Positions 37,597 to 47,104 are shown, counted from the first letter of the stretch. The stretch is DNA of 64,000 nt from Alphaproteobacteria bacterium (GCA_018830445.1 JAHJSN010000036.1:2096-66095); one strand, 5' to 3'. Made by a program: numbers and translations. Notes: generated from the sequence alone by a model not told the origin.

Positions 37597-38868
37597 TCAG
37601 CGGCGCAACACCGCCACCGCCTCGACGTGCGCCGTATAAAGAAACTGATCGACCGGCGTCACCGCTTCGAGCCGGTATCCCCCATCGACGAGAATGCCGA
37701 GATCCCGCGCCAGGGTCGCCGGATTGCACGACACCGCCACAACCGTCGGCACCTTGGACTTTGCCAGCATCTCGGCTTGCGCCCTGGCACCTGCCCGCGG
37801 CGGATCGAACACGACGAGGTCGAACGGTTCCAGCTCCTTGCGCGACAACGGCTCCTGGAACAGATCGCGGCGGCGCGTTTCGATGCCGCGCACGCCCTGC
37901 GTTCTGCGATTGCCATCCTCCAGCGCCTCGATCGCAGCCACGTCACTGTCCATCGCCACGACCTTGACCTTCGAGGCCAGCGCAAACGTGAATGCCCCGA
38001 CCCCGCAAAACAGATCCGCGGCCTGCTTCGCCCGCCGTCCCAACGCTCCGACGGCAATTCCCGCTATCGCCGCTTCGGCTTGCGAAGATGCCTGCAGGAA
38101 CCCCGCGGGCGGTGGCACCACCTCGGCGGCACCGCACCGGATGAACGGCCGAACCACCTGGTAAAGCGGATCCCCGTCGAGACTGAGCCGCACAATCCCC
38201 AGGCTGGCGGCCTGCTCGGCCAACGAACCCCGCAATTTCGGCGAACTGCGTTGCGCACCTCCGGCGATATCGACATCGAGCCCGTTCTCGGCATGAAGCA
38301 CGCTCAGACGCATCTCTGCACGATCGTCGATCAACGGCCCGATCAGCTTACGCAATCCAGGCAGCAGCGAGACGATTCCTGGTGACAGCACGGGACAAAC
38401 TTCAAGGTCGATGAGGTCGTGCGTGCCGGCCACATGGAAACCGATGTCGACGGCCTTTCCCGAACGCCGAGCCGTCAACACCGCACGACGTCTGTCGCCG
38501 AGACCGACCGAAATCATCGGTGCCAGATCGCACTGGATCCCGCGTGCCGCCAATGCCTGCGTGATCAGCGCACTTTTCCACGCCCGATACGCAGCCTGTC
38601 CGAGATGTTGCAGGGCGCACCCACCGCAACCGACACCTGCGCTTTTTTCCGCCGCTGCAACCGGACCGAAATGCTTGCACAGCGGAGCGACACGTGACGC
38701 GGCGGCATCGACGACCCGAATGAGGCGTCCGCGATCGCCTTCCACCACCGCCTCGACGGTCTCGCCGGGCAGCGCGAACGGCACGAACACCGCACCATCG
38801 CCGGTTTCGGCAACGCCGTCTCCCAGCGCGCCCAGACGCTCGATCGTCAATGTTGCGCTATTCCCCAT
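37597..38868 (-). CDS. 23S rRNA (uracil-5)-methyltransferase RumA/RlmD-like (TRAM + SAM MTase)
   Basis: N-terminal TRAM-like IERLGALGDGVA, a Cys cluster (C..C.GCALQH) and the MTase motifs DLFCGVGAFT and FDPPRAG. The start is ATG 38868 or GTG 38883. Confidence 0.85.
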   Translation of the reverse strand: MGNSATLTIERLGALGDGVAETGDGAVFVPFALPGETVEAVVEGDRGRLIRVVDAAASRVAPLCKHFGPVAAAEKSAGVGCGGCALQHLGQAAYRAWKSALITQALAARGIQCDLAPMISVGLGDRRRAVLTARRSGKAVDIGFHVAGTHDLIDLEVCPVLSPGIVSLLPGLRKLIGPLIDDRAEMRLSVLHAENGLDVDIAGGAQRSSPKLRGSLAEQAASLGIVRLSLDGDPLYQVVRPFIRCGAAEVVPPPAGFLQASSQAEAAIAGIAVGALGRRAKQAADLFCGVGAFTFALASKVKVVAMDSDVAAIEALEDGNRRTQGVRGIETRRRDLFQEPLSRKELEPFDLVVFDPPRAGARAQAEMLAKSKVPTVVAVSCNPATLARDLGILVDGGYRLEAVTPVDQFLYTAHVEAVAVLRR

Positions 38869-39595
38869 TCCGTGTCGCACCAATCAGGTATTCCTCGTTG
38901 CCTTTTTTGCCGGGAAGCGGTGAGGGCAGACGACCGAGCACGTTCCACCCCTGCTCCTCCAGATAGTCTCGTACGCCCATGTAGGCATGAATGACAGCAT
39001 TGTCATCGCGCACCACACCGCCCTTGCCGATACTCTTCCGCCCCACTTCGAATTGCGGCTTCAGGAGTGCGACCAGCCAGCAGTCGGCGGCGGCAAACGA
39101 CAGCGCCGAAGGCAACACCTGGGCAAGCGAAATGAAACTGACATCGACCACAATCCCCTCGACGGGCTCCTTGATTTCAGTCTGCGTCAGGTGCCTGACA
39201 TCATGCCCTTCGAGCGACACCACGCGCGCATCTGTTTGCAGTTCAGCGGCCAGTTGATCGTGACCGACATCGACGGCGTAGACCTTCTTCGCGCCGTCTT
39301 CCAGCAGGACCTGCGTGAAGCCGCCGGTCGAAGCCCCTACGTCAAGGGCCACCTTCCCCGCAGCGGAGAATTCGAAACCGCGCAGGCCCGCCGCCAGTTT
39401 CGCGCCGCTGCGCGCAACGTAGGCGTTGGCTTCACCGTCCACCGTGAGAACCGCATCGGGCTCGACCAGCTGCCCGGCCTTTTGCGCTTCCTTGCCTTCG
39501 ACCGTTACCGCGCCGCGCGCAATCAGGTCGCGCGCCCGTGATCGCGACTGCACCAGGCCGCGATTGACAAGAACATAATCCAGGCGCTGCCGCAT
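38858..39595 (-). CDS. tlyA: TlyA-family 16S/23S rRNA (cytidine-2'-O)-methyltransferase
   Basis: S4 domain RLDYVLVNRGLVQSRSRARDLI..G.V.V and FtsJ-like LDVGASTGGFTQVLL. The start was set at ATG 39595. Confidence 0.9.
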   Translation of the reverse strand: MRQRLDYVLVNRGLVQSRSRARDLIARGAVTVEGKEAQKAGQLVEPDAVLTVDGEANAYVARSGAKLAAGLRGFEFSAAGKVALDVGASTGGFTQVLLEDGAKKVYAVDVGHDQLAAELQTDARVVSLEGHDVRHLTQTEIKEPVEGIVVDVSFISLAQVLPSALSFAAADCWLVALLKPQFEVGRKSIGKGGVVRDDNAVIHAYMGVRDYLEEQGWNVLGRLPSPLPGKKGNEEYLIGATRNGE

Positions 39596-39643
39596 GGCCC
39601 ACAACACTTGCTGAAAACTGAAACGACGGCCGCGCAAGCCGGG

Positions 39644-39812
39644 CTAGTGTAGCGCACCTAACGTTTGGTCCCCGCTTGCGGCTTGGCTCGATGCCAAACG
39701 TTTGGTGCAAAAGCTACACTAGAATCATGGCTTTGCTCGTGTTCCTTATGGCTCCGACACTTGGACGACAGTGTGCTGCAACGGGAACCAAGTGTCGGAG
39801 CCGGAACACTAG
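39644..39812. repeat. Two adjacent long palindromic elements with CTAG-terminated arms
   Basis: Hairpin C (39644..39722) has CTAGTGTAGCGCACC.AACGTTTGG pairing with CCAAACGTTTGGTGC..GCTACACTAG. Hairpin D (39739..39812) has GTGTTCC..GGCTCCGACACTTGG pairing with CCAAGTGTCGGAGCCGGAACACTAG. Confidence 0.85.
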
Positions 39813-40029
39813 GGCCGGCGCATGGCACTCGAAGGCGAATGGCATCGTATTGCATGACATTCTATGAGGGCTGGATCGCCCGCTCCGCAAGCCCCTGGCG
39901 CAATCAAAATGAAGGGTTGGCCTCACCAAGGCGAACCCGCTGCCGCGAGCCTTTGCCTTTGCCGTTATGGCCCACCGGGAAAAACCGGGCCGACGCCATG
40001 AAATAGGTCTGGGACGAAGCCGGCGTACT

Positions 40030-40839
40030 TCAAGCAGCTTCGGATTTGGTTTTTCCGGCGCGGACAGACTGTGCCCTGCCTGCGGCCGGCGTCAGCGGCG
40101 CGCGCTTGGCCGAAACCGGCGTCGACGGGCCTGCCGATGCCGCGAAGTCCCCTGCCGCATTGGTGGTTTCGACCGGATTGGCGGTCACCGCCGCATAGGC
40201 ATCATCGCGATTGGTGCGGCACACCATGCGGGCCTCGACCACGGCGGGCAGCACGTCCTTCAATTCCAGGAGCATACGCTCGTAGGCATAATCGACAGCG
40301 TCAAGCTGCCTTGCCGCGGCTTCGTGCAGCGACTCGATTTCCCGGGCCTTGCCGAGGCCTTCGGCAACGATGGCGTTCACCCGCGTCCACTGCTTATCCG
40401 AATCCATCAGCTGAGGCTCGCTATTCGAAACGCCCGCACAAGCATCGCCATCAGAGGCGCCAACGCCCACAGGTTGCTCATCGAATGCAACCGCAGGCTC
40501 CTTGACGCCATCGAAGTCCGCATGACGAAAACGAATCATTGACTGATTCGCTGCTGCTTGGGGACCCTCTTTGCCCACTGCGGCCCAAACCCATTTGCCA
40601 AGCTTCACCGCTTGCCCGGTTCGCGACTTGCCCGGCGATCGTTCCCGACGAGCCGTCAATTCGTCTGCCGAACGCCGGCGCAGCCTCATTCTCCCCCAGG
40701 CCGGCCCGGCCGCCGCGATCGATCCAATGCCACCAGCGCCTGACAGCCGGAATCCAGCCAGCCCAAAACTGGCAATCAGAATGAGGGATACGATTGCAAT
40801 TCCCTCGACGCCGAGATGGGAAAACAGTTCGAAGGTCAC
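40030..40839 (-). CDS. Hypothetical membrane-anchored protein
   Basis: 269 aa with an N-terminal TM segment (GIAIVSLILIASFGLAGF) and coding-like GC3. No motif recognised. Confidence 0.5.
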   Translation of the reverse strand: MTFELFSHLGVEGIAIVSLILIASFGLAGFRLSGAGGIGSIAAAGPAWGRMRLRRRSADELTARRERSPGKSRTGQAVKLGKWVWAAVGKEGPQAAANQSMIRFRHADFDGVKEPAVAFDEQPVGVGASDGDACAGVSNSEPQLMDSDKQWTRVNAIVAEGLGKAREIESLHEAAARQLDAVDYAYERMLLELKDVLPAVVEARMVCRTNRDDAYAAVTANPVETTNAAGDFAASAGPSTPVSAKRAPLTPAAGRAQSVRAGKTKSEAA

Positions 40840-41169
40840 GGGACAGAACCTTGGTGTTCAAGTGGTCACACTATTTGAAGCCGGCCTGCGCAACGACTAC
40901 TGGGTCAGAACCGATGAGGCCAATCGCCATGTAAAGGGGATGGCCGGAACATCATAACTCAATTTGCATAAAAAAATTAGAAGAAAACTAACTAGCTGGA
41001 AAAGAAAGACAATATATTAATGAGGATGCATGTCAAACATTCGAAAACTCCATGGTTTTAGCCATCTGGGGCGATAAAAACCAAGCAATTGATTCAGGTG
41101 TAGATAGAATGACATTAAGAAATAGCAGCCGCCTCCGGAAATTGGGCCCGTCCGAAAACGAATCACCAC

Positions 41170-41817
41170 TCATTTCTTCCAGCCGCTGATATTAGGTGCG
41201 CGCTGATAACGATAATGCCCGGTAATCTCGCTCCCGAACAGCCAGTCTTCTTCCCGCACACCGTATCCCCTATTGTGAATCACAAGCGGCACGCCCTCAA
41301 GGGTCTTGCTGTCGGAAACGATTGCGATATGACTTTTCGAAAAGGTCCCGTCGGGCAGATGGTAGGCAACCAGATCGCCCGGCCGATAGTCCTCTGGTTT
41401 ATCGCTGACCGGCAGTTTCGTGCCGTATCGCTGAAAAAACTTCTTCATCACGACGACCCGCCGGTGATCGATATTCCGGTCTCCCGAACCGAGCCGGGAT
41501 TCGTGAATGAGCTGCTGCAGGTCGATCCCCAGGGCGCGATATGCGCGAACGACAACGTCGGTACACACCCCGATATACCAGGGCACGTCGCCCATCGGGT
41601 ATTCGAGTTTGCGATAAGCTGGATCGTAGATGACTGGCACTGCGCGCTGAGCATGTGCCGCCGCGACAAGGTCTCTGGCAAACGCACCCTGTTCTTCGTC
41701 GAGCGCCGCCCCGGCCGGCGGACAGCACATCATCAGAAGCAGAACCCAGGTAGCCAAGATTTGGCATTTCTGGACGGGGCGTAATGCAAGCGGAGCGCTC
41801 AACAGAAAATCTCCCAA
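41170..41817 (-). CDS. DUF1287-family exported protein
   Basis: IYDPAYRKLEYPMGDVP...GVCTDVVVRAYR.LGIDLQ and ...PGDLV....DG...SHIAIVSD....PLVIHN match the DUF1287 pattern. The start codon is uncertain (non-ATG candidates). Confidence 0.7.
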   Translation of the reverse strand: MGDFLLSAPLALRPVQKCQILATWVLLLMMCCPPAGAALDEEQGAFARDLVAAAHAQRAVPVIYDPAYRKLEYPMGDVPWYIGVCTDVVVRAYRALGIDLQQLIHESRLGSGDRNIDHRRVVVMKKFFQRYGTKLPVSDKPEDYRPGDLVAYHLPDGTFSKSHIAIVSDSKTLEGVPLVIHNRGYGVREEDWLFGSEITGHYRYQRAPNISGWKK

Positions 41818-41903
41818 TGAACCAGTGCGACTTGAATCGGCACCGGATCAGCCATTGCCGTTTCTGGGAACCAGGATCGCAGAATAAAACAGCCACAAAG
41901 AGG

Positions 41904-42797
41904 CTATTTGCAACACGACCGTTGCAAGTCCTTCAAGGCGAGGCTTTGAATAACATCCGCCAGACTCCATCCCGCCTGCCTGAGACTTCTCAAACTCGTC
42001 GCCGCGTCCGACTTCGAGAGTTTTCGTCCCGACTCGTCTCGAACCAGGCCGTGGTGGCGGTACATTGGATCAGGCAGGCCGAGCAGCAATTGCAGCACAC
42101 GATGGATCGAAGTGGCCGCGCGAAGATCCTGCCCCCTTACGATATGGCTCACGCCCTGACAGGCGTCGTCCACCACGACCGACAAGTGATAACTGGTCGG
42201 CACGTCCTTGCGCTGAATGATGACATCGCCCCACGCCATTGGATCGGCGGTAACGATTTCGGTTTTGCCGAATTCATCCATCTCCCGCCAGTTGATTTCT
42301 CCCCCGGCCCGCTGGCGCGACAGCATGCACGCCTTCGCCATGTCGAGACGCATGGCGAACGGCTCACCTTCTGCCGTGCGCCGTTCAACTTCCGCCGCGC
42401 TCATGTTGCGGTGCAGACCGGGATAAACCGGCGCCCCGTCCGGATCGAACCCACCGCCTGCCCCCGCCGCCGCGGCGCTTATCTCCGCGCGCGTTGCAAA
42501 ACACTTATAAAGCAGCCCCATGTCGACGAGCTTGTCCGCGGCCCGCCGATAGGCGGCAAAATTCAGCGACTGGCGCAGAACCGGTTGCTCCCAGGCCACC
42601 CCGATCCAGGCAAGATCCTCATAAACGGCATCGACATAGTCTTCGCGGCTTCGCCCCAGGTCGATATCCTCGATGCGCAGTAGCAAGCGACCGCCCGCTT
42701 CCTGCGCCAGCCGTTGGTTGATGAGAGCCGACGCGGCATGCCCGAGATGCAAATAACCGTTCGGACTGGGCGCAAACCTGAATACCGGTCCGAACAT
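41904..42797 (-). CDS. gluQ: tRNA glutamyl-Q(34) synthetase
   Basis: FRFAPSPNGYLHLGHA (HIGH), a truncated GluRS catalytic domain with no anticodon-binding domain, and KLSKS. The start was set at ATG 42797. Confidence 0.88.
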   Translation of the reverse strand: MFGPVFRFAPSPNGYLHLGHAASALINQRLAQEAGGRLLLRIEDIDLGRSREDYVDAVYEDLAWIGVAWEQPVLRQSLNFAAYRRAADKLVDMGLLYKCFATRAEISAAAAGAGGGFDPDGAPVYPGLHRNMSAAEVERRTAEGEPFAMRLDMAKACMLSRQRAGGEINWREMDEFGKTEIVTADPMAWGDVIIQRKDVPTSYHLSVVVDDACQGVSHIVRGQDLRAATSIHRVLQLLLGLPDPMYRHHGLVRDESGRKLSKSDAATSLRSLRQAGWSLADVIQSLALKDLQRSCCK

Positions 42798-42926
42798 GGA
42801 TTGATTTTCGCTCAAGTCGCCCAACGTTGATGATTTCGGCGTCCGCTTCATCGAACGGACATCCCGAACCTATTCGGCACCGCGCCATTGACCTGCAGCA
42901 CTGGCATCCATGACAATCTAACCATC

Positions 42927-43586
42927 ATGCCGGGTCCATCCAAGCGCCGTAGCGCCAACACCACCATTGAGACGGCCGACGACATCGCCCGCGGCTGCCG
43001 CTCATTGCGCCGCCGCTGTCCCCACATGCGCGAAATCCACGACCGCCTCGGCGACCCGCCGCTACGCAGACGCCAGGCAGGATTCACCGGGCTGGCGCGC
43101 ATCGTCGTCGGCCAGCAACTGTCGATCGCCAGTGCCGATGCGATATGGACCCGCGTCCATACCGCAATCGCCCCCCTCGGCCCGGCGGCCATCCTCAAGC
43201 AGAGCGAAGACGACCTGCGTCGCCTCGGGCTCTCCCGGCCGAAAATCAGGACGCTCCGCGCGATCGCCGCTGCCACCGCCGAAGGTCGGATAGATTTCGA
43301 TGAACTGTACCGGGTGAGCGCGACTGACATTCATCAACAACTCACCGCCCTGCCGGGCATCGGCCCCTGGTCAGCCGATATCTACTTGATGTTTTGCCTT
43401 GGTGCTTGCGATGCCTTCGCACCCGGCGATCTGGCGCTCCAGGAGGCGACCCGGCTCCTCCTGGATTTGCAGGAGCGGCCCACCCCCGACGAGTTGACCG
43501 ACATCGCCGAACGCTGGCGGCCTTGGCGCGCGGTCGCTGCACGGCTCCTCTGGGCGGACTATGCAAACCGCCGCAGGCGAACTTGA
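42927..43586 (+). CDS. DNA-3-methyladenine glycosylase II family (HhH-GPD)
   Basis: IVGQQLSIASA..IW and the HhH motif LTALPGIGPWSADIYLMF, followed by FAPGDLAL (catalytic Asp). Confidence 0.85.
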   Translation: MPGPSKRRSANTTIETADDIARGCRSLRRRCPHMREIHDRLGDPPLRRRQAGFTGLARIVVGQQLSIASADAIWTRVHTAIAPLGPAAILKQSEDDLRRLGLSRPKIRTLRAIAAATAEGRIDFDELYRVSATDIHQQLTALPGIGPWSADIYLMFCLGACDAFAPGDLALQEATRLLLDLQERPTPDELTDIAERWRPWRAVAARLLWADYANRRRRT

Positions 43587-43844
43587 AACAACCGCCCGCT
43601 ACCCCCGGCATCCCGCCTGTCACACCGTTCACACCTTGAATTCCACCAGCAGCACCGCCATCTGAGCGGTGCGCCAAAGCCGCAGTTTCATGCCATAACA
43701 GCCTCGGACACCTTCTTTTTTGCAGCCGCTTGTGTGTTGCAAAGGGGTGCTTCACAGAGCTGTCATGGATGTCTAGTATCCGAACGCTGGTCTGGTGGCG
43801 CGGACCGATTCTTTGGAAAGAACCCAACAGGAGGCACGAACGTG

Positions 43845-44402
43845 ATGCGTTCTGCTGCAATGCTGGAAAACTCTCCGGCCTTGGTCCTCAACGCCGACTT
43901 CCGGCCCTTGAGCTATTATCCGCTGTCGTTGTGGAGCTGGCAGGAATCCGTAAAAGCGGTGTTCCTGGACCGCGTCAACATCGTTTCGGAATACGACCTT
44001 CAGGTCTCCAGCCCCACCTTCAAGATGCGGCTGCCGAGCGTGGTTTCATTGAAGACGTATGTGAAACCGGCGCTTTATCCGGCGTTCACACGCTTCAACG
44101 TATTCCTGCGCGACCGCTTTTCCTGTCAGTATTGCGGAGCCCAGCACGACCTGACGTTCGATCACGTGATCCCCCGCTCACGCGGAGGCATGACGCGCTG
44201 GGACAACGTCGTCACCGCGTGCGCTCCGTGCAATCTGGCGAAGGGCGGAGACATGCCGGAAGTCGCAGGCATGGTGCCGATGCAGGCGCCCTACCGTCCG
44301 ACCGTATTCGAACTGCATCGAAACGGCCGGCTGTTCCCGCCGAACTATCTGCACGAGAGCTGGCTCGACTATCTGTACTGGGATACCGAACTGGAACCAT
44401 AA
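43845..44402 (+). CDS. HNH endonuclease family protein
   Basis: CQYCG......LTFDHVIPRSRGG...WDNVVTAC..CN..KG. AGGAGG lies upstream of the GTG/ATG at 43842/43845. Confidence 0.88.
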   Translation: MRSAAMLENSPALVLNADFRPLSYYPLSLWSWQESVKAVFLDRVNIVSEYDLQVSSPTFKMRLPSVVSLKTYVKPALYPAFTRFNVFLRDRFSCQYCGAQHDLTFDHVIPRSRGGMTRWDNVVTACAPCNLAKGGDMPEVAGMVPMQAPYRPTVFELHRNGRLFPPNYLHESWLDYLYWDTELEP

Positions 44403-44427
44403 ACCGGTGACGGACGGCACATGTAAC

Positions 44428-44455
44428 AAGGGCGCCCGATGGGCGCCCTTTGCTT
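44428..44455. terminator. Bidirectional intrinsic terminator between convergent genes
   Basis: AAGGGCGCCC-gat-GGGCGCCCTTTGCTTT has an 8-bp GC stem flanked by an A-run and a T-run. Confidence 0.8.
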
Positions 44456-44460
44456 TCCAT

Positions 44461-44763
44461 TCATGCCGCGCTGCGTTGCGGCGGTGCGCACATCACTTCC
44501 GCAATGAGCTCCACCGCCTTGCTCCAGTCGCCATTGACTGAGGCAGCATGACTTTGAAGTCCGAAGGCCTTCAGGGCATCCGCTGGCGCCCCGCCGTCCC
44601 GGAAGACGCGCGCGCAAACCTGCCGGGCGAAACCGAGCGTCTGGTGCCACTGCATCTGATCGACGTACTCTGGGCTCATCTGCATTTCGATGTTCTCCAT
44701 GAACTTCAAGAACCATCTCTGCTGGCTTCGGATATCGGCGGCAGGCGCGAGGAATGCTGACAT
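44461..44763 (-). CDS. Hypothetical 100-aa protein
   Basis: From ATG 44763 (MSAFLAPAADIRS...) GC3 is high. The upstream 61 codons of the ORF-track version are low in GC3. No motif recognised. Confidence 0.5.
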   Translation of the reverse strand: MSAFLAPAADIRSQQRWFLKFMENIEMQMSPEYVDQMQWHQTLGFARQVCARVFRDGGAPADALKAFGLQSHAASVNGDWSKAVELIAEVMCAPPQRSAA

Positions 44764-45740
44764 GCTGTAACGCGCAACCTGGTCACACAGCATTTTGATG
44801 GAGTAGCTCCACCGCATTCGACGCGCCTGCCAGCTCTTGGGAGACCGACCGCACCGGTTCAAGTCTCGCTTTCGATTCTCAAATCCGCTGACCAGAGAGC
44901 ATTGACGAACGACAAACGCATGAAACGACGCTGAGACTTTACGCAACTGCCAACTCTTGACTGCCGGTTATTTCCCGGCCGTCACGCCTCCGATCAACTG
45001 GGACACCACATCGCTGATCGGACGCCACGTATCTTCATCACTATTCACGACGCTTCTCACTTGACTGGGCCGTGAGCGGCAAGCGCGAGATTTCCGCACC
45101 TCGCCTCATGCCGCATCACGGCGTACCGACTGGACACATGGACATACGGGGCTTTCGTAACGCCCATGCACGAACGACGCTTGACTCAACTGGAACGACG
45201 CAGACTTGACGCAATACGGTCCGGCGCTTTTGCACCGATACGCTGGAACTTCATCCGGCTCGCCTTCCGCCTCAACTCGTCGAACACAGCGGGGAGTGCC
45301 CTCTTCGGAGTGGCGGCGGATACGAACGCGGAACTCAAACTGACGCGATACTGTACGAACTCTGACGCACTGCGACCCGGAGACGCTCCCGGACCAGACA
45401 CCAACGCTTCACCACGCAATACCAACTCAGACACGGGCACGCGGTTACCAACGAAACTCTGCGACATGGGAAGAACGCCACTCACCGTTACGACGCGATA
45501 CAGGTACGACTGGAAAACAAACGCGATACGAATTCGGGAAGCCAGAACGGACGCGGCTTCGATACTTACGCGAGAACAATGCTGACACCGGGACCATTGG
45601 CGGGGAGCCGGGCCGGGAACTAGCAACGACGCAAAACAACTCGAACGGGGTACGCTTGACTGGTCGGGAACCTTTGCTTGCCAACATCGACCGGCTGCTT
45701 GGGGTTCCTTGCTTTTTTGGCCGGCGGGATTGGGCCGCCG

Positions 45741-45756
45741 TTAAGGAACAATTAAC
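45741..45756. promoter_or_regulatory. Perfect CtrA-type box TTAA-N7-TTAAC
   Basis: TTAAGGAACAATTAAC lies in non-coding DNA. Confidence 0.5.
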
Positions 45757-45905
45757 CGTTCCATTTGGGCAACATCAAGACGCCAAAACGTCAGCCCCCT
45801 GGTAATTTGATTGACCGGAGATGAACAAGCCACAGCGACTGCTTCGGCGTCGCACACGGCACCTCAGGCTATTGGATTAGCGATTTGATTCAGCGGAAGA
45901 AATAG

Positions 45906-46403
45906 TCAGCCACGATCGACAGCTGCAAACGCAGCTTTGAGTGAACCGATGGAGATCACGAAAGACAATAGCGCGTTCCAGCCCGCGAATGTCAGCCCGA
46001 GAAACCACCATTCAGGCGTGTCGCAGCGCACGACTTTGGCCTTTTCCAGATCGCCGAGAAGATCGACCGCACTTGTGGATAACTCTTGCCCGCCCGAACA
46101 CGCCTCCGGTCCGGGCCAGAACCCGTACTCGGCACCGGCCTGGTAGACCCCCAGACCGGAATTCGCCAGAAACGCCAGCGCCACGACCAAGAAAATGATC
46201 GCGGCCGCCCGCGCCTGATCGGCACTGAGAAAGACGAGGGCCGCAAACATCAACGGCACGCCGGCATAATAGGCGTAGCGCTGCTGGTAGCACAGCGCGC
46301 AGGGCTCATAGCCGCCGATGTATTGGAATGCGAGCGCCGCGAGAATTACCGCCGCCGCCAGGAACAGCATCGTCCCGCCAAGCTCGTAGGCGTGTGATTT
46401 CAT
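45906..46403 (-). CDS. dsbB: Disulfide bond formation protein B (DsbB/BdbC family)
   Basis: 4 TM segments, a first periplasmic loop CALCYQQR (CxxC) and a second Cys pair (EACSGG...VRCD). Confidence 0.8.
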   Translation of the reverse strand: MKSHAYELGGTMLFLAAAVILAALAFQYIGGYEPCALCYQQRYAYYAGVPLMFAALVFLSADQARAAAIIFLVVALAFLANSGLGVYQAGAEYGFWPGPEACSGGQELSTSAVDLLGDLEKAKVVRCDTPEWWFLGLTFAGWNALLSFVISIGSLKAAFAAVDRG

Positions 46404-46467
46404 CGGATTTGCAGGTCCGGAACGCATGACTCGATCCCCGTGTCGCCAATGTTTTCGATCGGTGATG

Positions 46468-47049
46468 CTACAATAGATACTTGATGGCTATGAACCCGCC
46501 GAAGAGCAGAACCACGAACACGGTAAACACCAGCCCGAGTCGCTTCTCGATGAATTCCCGGATCGGCGGACCGAACCAGTAGAGCAGCGCCGCAACCGCG
46601 AAGAACCGCAACCCCCGCGACGCAACGCTCGCCAGCATGAACATGAAGATGTTGAGATGCGTCGCGCCGCTGGCGATCGTGATCACCTTGTAGGGAAACG
46701 GCGTCACACCGAACACGAACACGATCCACGCACCGTAGTCGTTATACTGCGACGCGAACGTCGCGAACTTGTCCGAGTAACCGTAGAATTCGAGCATCGA
46801 CTTGCCGACGGTCTCGAACAGGAAATAGCCGATCAGATAACCGAACACGCCGCCGAGCACCGAACCGGCGGTCGCCACCATTGCGAAGTACCAGGCCTTC
46901 GCCCGCTCGGCCATGACCATCGGAATGAGCATGACGTCTGGCGGAATCGGAAAAAACGAACTTTCGACGAAGGAAACGCCGAAAAGCGAAGGGACGGCAT
47001 GCTTGTGGCTGGCAGCCCGCATCGTCCAGTCATAGAGGGATCGGATCAT
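46468..47049 (-). CDS. YqaA/DedA-family inner membrane protein
   Basis: ESSFFPIPPDVMLIPM... and GR...FFAVAALLYWFG match the DedA/SNARE-associated pattern. The start was set at ATG 47049. Confidence 0.8.
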   Translation of the reverse strand: MIRSLYDWTMRAASHKHAVPSLFGVSFVESSFFPIPPDVMLIPMVMAERAKAWYFAMVATAGSVLGGVFGYLIGYFLFETVGKSMLEFYGYSDKFATFASQYNDYGAWIVFVFGVTPFPYKVITIASGATHLNIFMFMLASVASRGLRFFAVAALLYWFGPPIREFIEKRLGLVFTVFVVLLFGGFIAIKYLL

Positions 47050-47104
47050 GGCACCGGGGAAGTAGAGGAAGGGAGCTAAATTGTCTACACGGATTACCGC
47101 AGGA

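Noticed and set aside
45166-45626. Overlapping 139-aa (plus) and 146-aa (minus) ORFs in the 1.1-kb gap as real genes
   Set aside because: Both have weak third-position GC compared with neighbouring genes and repetitive R/T/S/N-rich products. Neither has a ribosome-binding site or a recognisable motif. They are treated as non-coding.
44764-45905. Chromosomal replication origin
   Set aside because: No DnaA-box-like TTATCCACA/TGTGGATAA sequences or AT-rich unwinding element were found in the region, and the flanking genes are not the usual oriC neighbours. A single TGTGGATAT at 6344..6352 elsewhere is isolated and was ignored.
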